Positions 58,069-64,000 of a stretch of 64,000 nt of DNA are shown piece after piece. Source of the DNA: Anthoceros angustus (lineage: Eukaryota; Plantae; Anthocerotophyta); the NCBI GenBank assembly GCA_010909165.1, contig VJWM01000106.1, positions 434,001 to 498,000 on the forward strand. The letters are read 5' to 3'. The position numbers were made by a program, and so were the translations under genes. Position 1 is the first letter of the stretch, and each line of letters opens with the position of its first letter. Below the pieces are notes generated by a model. The model searched no databases. It saw only the letters and a program-made list of their open reading frames with translations, and was not told the DNA's origin.

Positions 58069-59507
58069 TCACAACGCTTTGGTCTTGCCCTGGGTTTTCG
58101 AAAGAGCCTTCCTCCTTTGACCCACCATGTAGAGGTACATGTATGGGGCTCCTGTGCAGTCATTCCGGTATCAGTATGCAGACACAGTACCTACAGTAGC
58201 TCACTTGCAAAACAGTTTGACAGGTGACACACACGACGTGGGGCATTGCCTGGCAGGTAGCATAGGAGAGCTTGGATCGATGAAAAATAATAGTCGAATC
58301 CGAAGTTGAACTTGTTGGGCATCCTTATGCTGTAAAGCTCAGATCCCTATCCATCAGCCCGGCAACTTTCTCGGTTAGAAGGAGGACGAGGAAGGTAGAG
58401 AAATTGAGAAAAAGCCAGGCAAGCCACATCGCAGCTGAAAGCACGAACAGCTCTACAAGAGCGCACTTTAATGTAGGGCAATGCGACGTAGATTAGCCCA
58501 GCTTCGCTTAATATGCCGGTTGGGTACAGGATGATAAAGGTGGAATACCTGCCACAAATGGTCAATCCAGGAGAGAGCTTTGCATCCTAACGTGCATTAT
58601 GATGTCAGAACAGCCTCACCTGAGCCATGTCAGGAAGGAAGGAGTTTGCCCGAAAGCCTCTTTGAGGCCGAAAAACAAATAGCGTATCACCTAGGGACAG
58701 GTGCAAGAGAGTAAGCAGAAGCTAGGACGCATGAGCAGATGAATATCAAAGCGGAAGGCAAGAATGCACAGATTACTGCAACTACTACAGGTAGAGATCA
58801 GACCTCAGTTATCCCCCAGCTCAAGAGAAGGCTTCCAACTAACCAATGTTCTCTGGTCTGCAATCACGTGGTAGTAGCCTCAGTGATCTCGGATAACGAA
58901 CAGCCAACCCTGAAAGCAAGAAATCACAGGGCTGCCGAGTCTCTACCTCTGGGAAGCTCCACAGGATGCCCCATGTCACATAGATGCGTGATGCTATCTG
59001 CGGAAGCGTTGCACTCACTGGAGACCGGACAATGCCTGAAGGAGGAACAGTTGTTGGAGCCTTCAGCAACCTACCTCAAGTCAAACACACACAACCTACA
59101 ACCTACAGCTGCAGAGCCCACCTACCAACAATGCTGTTGAAGATCTTCAAAAGGACAAGGTCCCGGAGCAGCACACACCAAAAAAACAACAGTCAGGACA
59201 GGCGATGCAGCCGAACATGCAGCAGAACGATGCAGTTGGATGAAGCCAGGGCTACCTCCAACAACGCGGCAGTTTGCCATATCTGCAGATCTTTCTCGAC
59301 CGCAGGATACACTGCAGCGGGACCCTGCTTCACGATAGCGTTTACTGCAAAGTAGAGAATCCGCGACCTGCAGGCCAATGCCAAGCATCACTGCTAGTCA
59401 CCTAGACAATCTTCCACGCAGGTCAAGAGATCGCGGAGAATTGAGTACCAGCCAGCGAAGAGGACCCAGTTGTACAGGGACAGGTAGAGCCTCCGCACAG
59501 CCGCCAT
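58069..59507 (-). CDS. PAS2: Very-long-chain 3-hydroxyacyl-CoA dehydratase (PTPLA family), multi-exon
   Basis: MAAVRRLYLSLYNWVLFAGW, VYPAVEKDLQIWQTAALLE, RYSTFIILYPTGILSEAGLIYVALPYIK, YSIRMPNKFNFGFDY, and PYMYLYMVGQRRKALSK. Confidence 0.95.
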
Positions 59508-59677
59508 GGGAAATGGATATGCTCCAATTCTGGCAGAAGACGTCCTCGGCTTCCTCACGGGCTCACGGGCTCACGGGTGCCAATGGCAGAAGAGAAGGGA
59601 GAACGAGCTTGTGATTCCGGACGGGCACACATGCATAAACTCAAACACTTTAACTTGTATACTTGCATGGGCAAGTA

Positions 59678-62600
59678 CTAAATGGGAGACAGATAGCCGG
59701 CGAAGTCCAATGATTCCCGAGCTTCTGGTGATCCAGACAAGGGAGAAAGCACTGTGTAAGCAGGGCGTCTGTCTACGAGGTATTGCTTTACTAAACTCTG
59801 GGAGCTAGCGGTCTTCGGGATCTTTCTGGGCTGCCGCGCTAGTCTGTTTCGGAAAGAATTTGTTAGGGGAGGGTCGTCCTGCCTGTGAGGCCGCCAGGAC
59901 TGACTCAACCGACGGAATACGCTCATTTTTGTCGGCGAGGCAACCTGATGCATTTCCCAGCCTTGTAGACCTGTTTCTTCTTCACGTGGAAGAGACGAGT
60001 CGCACTTAAAGCTCACTCCTTGCTTCTTGGAGTAACCTGTCTTCGTAACCTCGGATTGGGACCTTTGCTTTCGAGCAGCTCTGGTACCAAACAGGGCCTT
60101 CTTCATCGCGGACATTTCAGGATAGACGTATGGGCCCTGCTTCTTCGTCCCCCCTTGTAGCATGTGTTCTTCCCAACCGTGTAGATACTTGCTTGATCCT
60201 GGACGAATCTTTGAGTAAACGACCTTTGGCATCAGCATACCTTCTTCCCTCGGCCTAACTGTTTCTGATAAGTCCAAGCTCAAGTTGGCGTACTTCTCCT
60301 TGGGATCGTAGCTTGTAGACAGATCCCAGGTGCTTGTACCATTGCGCAGAGAGTCAAACTGTTGATCCAGCACCTCCTCGGCTGTGTGATGCTGTGATGT
60401 GTGCTGGTTTGATTTCAACGGTGGTCCAGCTCCAACACCCATTCCTCCAGGGAGAGCCACTCTGCTGGAGGTTTGATCCAGGAGAAGCTTTGACGGTCTC
60501 AACCTAGACTCCAGTATGTCTTCCACCACATACCTCTCCAGCTCCATGACTCGCTGCTCACCCAGCTGTCTCCAAACCCCAATTAACCTTGGCACCTTGC
60601 TCCCCATCCCAGTCCTCCCTCTCGCTCTTTCCAAGACTTGAAGAAACACTTCTCCTGCCAGGAATTTCAGTTGCTTACACCTTTGCTTCTGCCTGACTGG
60701 CCCTTTCTGCTCAGCTTGTTCAATCATCGAACAGACTGTCAGCAACGCTCCATCCTCCCCACAAACCTTGTGAAAATCATCTCTTGTGCAAGTTGGCAGA
60801 GTGACCACCAACTTCTCAAGGGCCATGCATTGGAGGCCAGTGTCGCCAGACTTAAGCAAGCTCAAAAGAGCCATCATGATGTTTCCATCCAACATTTGAG
60901 GAATACCCAGGCAACGCTTCCTGGCAATAATTCCAAAAAGCTCCGTGACCTGGCCTAATAGGCTTGCGGTATGATACCTGAATAGACCCACAGCCACAGA
61001 TTTCAAATTCCGCATTACCGCCAAAGCTTTCAGTACAAAACATGTAGACGGACGTGCAAAAATCCATCAAAACGATTCAAACGCAATCCTAGAACGTAGC
61101 CTGTTTCCAGTTCGTGAGAGGTTGACCTCCAAAGCTGTTGCAGTATCTCAACTATGCCAGCTTTGTAGAAGACAGTGCAAGCCCCTTGCAATCTAGTACA
61201 TACGATAAGCAGGTCCAATGCCAATTCAAGCATACTCTGCTTCTTCCTCCTTGCCTTCCTTTTCCTATTTCCTTCTGCACCTGACTCCTTGTGCTGACCT
61301 GGAAATTTGTCCAACATGCCCCCAAGATTGTCCGTAATGCCGTTTATTCCCTGCACAGGGCCATCTGGTGTTATTGCTTTGACAGTTTCTTCCCAGGCTG
61401 TTGGCTCTACCTCTAGGAAAGGTTTCTGTGTCAGAACGTCTGAGTCTGCAGCAAAAGGCTTGAGCTCATAACCCCTCACTACTCCCTGAAAATCCACAAC
61501 GGGAAAGCTCCGGTATGGTGAGCTTGCATGCAAATCCTTAACAATCTCAACCATATGTTCAAGGATGACATAAGGCTGCCCATAGTTGTTCCACACTTTG
61601 GAGTTTTTCTTTAAATGCAGGGCTTCATATCGCAGCAGAGAAAGGTCAATATCTTCTACCACAAGATCCAACAGAGCTTTCAACACTTGCCTTTTCACTC
61701 TCACCCTGGGGTCATAAAACTGTTCCCTATGCCAGACGAGTGGATTCCCAGGTCCTCCAGGAACATCTGCGGGACCGTCTGACACACAGTGCAGGTTGTC
61801 AACCTCCGTGAAGACCTGAACAGAGCAGCCGGCTTTCAATCTTAAGCAATAGAACAATTGGACCAGGTTCATAGACCATGAGAAGGTATGACCAACACAC
61901 ACCTCACCTGCAAAAGGGTTCGCAATGGTTCCAATTTCCCTTCCAGAAGAGCGGACCTCGATTTTGGATCTTTGGAGTATGATTTGACCAGCTTTACTGC
62001 TGAAATGATGCCATCCACACCTACGCCTTCCAGAAATACTGGAATTCTCAACGCCAGCAAGACGACTTGCAAAGCATTTTGCGGCATAGCTGACCCCTCC
62101 CTCGCACCTGTCCCCACATGGCAACATGTAACCTGTAAATAAGCTCCGACTCGTAAACTGGGATCCTTTGCACCTAACTGGAGCAGCTTCAGTGCAGCTT
62201 CCCTGACGCATCTTGGTGAGGAAGTTGTAACCACCCAATTCACCTGAGCAATTTCCAGACCAGATCATACTCGTTCTCCAAAGGTGTGCTCTCGGCACAT
62301 AACATCAAATGACAAGCACCAGGGCATCTTCAAGGAAAGGTGGAGGGTCAAGTGCTGTTACAAGGCGGTTGACCACCCACGTGGGCCACTGCACACGAAA
62401 AATGGTTCTACCCTCCGTGCCTGGCATCTTTCTTGTGCCAGCAGCTCTCAGCACTGCTGCTGCAAGGTTATGAAAAGCAGGCGTGAACCATGCCATAACA
62501 CAAGGATATCCTTGACACATGGCTGAGAAAAAAATCTGGTTCTTCGGTCCGTGCACAGAATCAGCAAGGTTTGCCTCAAGCTGAGTAAGCAAATCAGCAA

Positions 62601-63872
62601 CATGGCTAGTTTCTCCTGCACACCACCATCAGAGCCATGATTAGAAAGATGCAAGCCTTCGCAGCCATGGTAAAATGCTCTTGAAGAAAGCTGAACAGCT
62701 TACCAACGCAGGCATCTGCATGGAGTCTCTGAACGAGCTTCTCGACAACGAGAAGCCTACAGTTCGACTCAAGCTTCTTGGTGGTCGGATTCACGGTGGC
62801 TGGACCAAATTTCTCCCGTGCAGAAGCTACTTCTACTTTTAGTTCCTTCGCAAGTACGTGCCTTTCCTGCTCTGACTTGCACTCCTTGACAGCAGACATC
62901 GAGAGGTAACATTCAGAACCGAAGCATTCGACACAGGGGAGAAATCTTCTCGAAGAAAAAACTTCTCTCAACATTTACGCTCGTTTTAAAAGCTTTCTAC
63001 CTCCAGTAGGAACTGAATCTTTTTGTCTCCCGGCACTAACGCCGCTGCTTTTTGAAGCCAATCACTTGATTCTTCAAACCTACTGAGCTTGGCTGCCGAC
63101 AGCCCTGCCCGGAAGAAAACCTTAGGATTCCTATGGTCTAACTCCAAAGCCTGCTTGCAAAAATAAAGCGCCCCGGTTGAAGCCTTGTTGCAAGGCGCAG
63201 TCACTGCTCAAAAAGATAAGGGCAGCTGCAGTAGCTGACCTGCTTGCAGTCCTCAAGGGCCTCTGCATACTGCTGGAGCTTGATAAGCGCACCTGCTCGA
63301 CATGCCAACAAAGCTGCCACCTCCCTCTCTATCCACCCTTGGATCCCGTCTAGTTTTTCTGCTCCTGCTCGCCCAGGCAGTGTCGTCGCACATTCAGTGG
63401 ACTCCAAATCTCGACTGCGGAAGTTGTCGGAACCATCCGCACTGGCTGCCCTTACAGGTCCAGAAGAAGGTGGGGTGTGGTGCGCCTGGATGTTCTGCCC
63501 TCGGACTGACGCATCAGGAGTACGACTGCCGTAACTGAGTTCCAAGGCTCTGGCCAATTCCTCATGCTGGAGAGAATGCATGGAACCTGCCATTGGCTCC
63601 AGAGAAGCCAGCTTGGTGCCGCTGTCCGGTGGCATCAGAGGCAAGGCTCCTGCCGGCTGAATGAGCTTCAGAGCATGGCAGGCATGGAGAACAGGTCTAG
63701 GGCCACGCAGATGGGGAGGAAAGTGCAGCGCAAAGAGCGCCCGAGTGAACAGGAGGACGGACTCATGGTAGTTGTGCAGGTGGAAGGCTAGATTGGCCCT
63801 GCGTCTAAGCTCCGCAGCCTGCGCCCAAGGAGCCGAGTCCACCACCGGCAGTGTCACAGCCCCGCAGACCAT
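59678..63872 (-). CDS. Large protein with N-terminal TPR motifs followed by ARM-like helical repeats; multi-exon, start may lie beyond the window
   Basis: TPR-like AAELRRRANLAFHLHNYHESVLLFTRAL, AALLACRAGALIKLQQYAEALEDCKQ|ALELDHRNPKVFFRAGLSAAKLSRFEESSDWLQKAAALVPGD. Long helical exons follow (FYKAGIVEILQQLW; ALLSLLKSGDTGLQCMALEKL). Confidence 0.7.
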
Positions 63873-64000
63873 AGTGGGTGGCAGAGGGGATGGACTCGAC
63901 AGGACAGGAGGCGACGCAGGAAAGGTACAAGTCGGTTAATGCAGCAGACAGCAGTTGGATGGTGTCGAACCGACCGGTATCAACCGCTGTGGTGACCAAC

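Overview
Gene-dense, GC-rich, intron-containing land-plant DNA. An IFT46 gene (flagellated sperm), a long PLS-class PPR gene with elongated L motifs, and short introns point to a seed-free plant, most plausibly a hornwort (inference). Ordinary host genes: TRAIP-like RING E3 (runs off the left edge), bifunctional nuclease BBD, urease accessory ureD, an MFS transporter, a PLS-E PPR, IFT46, an SKU5-similar oxidase, a mitochondrial pyruvate carrier, PAS2 and a TPR+ARM-like gene. Three regions are unusual. (1) 12.5-27.8 kb appears to be one giant gene of about 4,700 aa. It carries a triplicated unknown domain, four DEK-C-like domains, six EEGE[ILT] motifs, RG/AT-hook tracts and a C-terminal trypsin-fold domain with Ser>Ala at the nucleophile. 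Its frameshifts sit in G/C runs and look like long-read errors. (2) 31.9-43.0 kb is a transposon nest of CRE-like (restriction-like endonuclease) non-LTR elements beside degenerate TTTAGGG repeats, fused to a decayed Copia. (3) Two sharply bounded AT-rich islands (43.0-46.9 kb and 53.4-56.7 kb) each carry an intronless, highly divergent LOB-domain ORF with a shared unrecognised C-terminal domain, suggesting a mobile element family carrying an LBD transcription factor. All calls were made by eye; no database searches were run.
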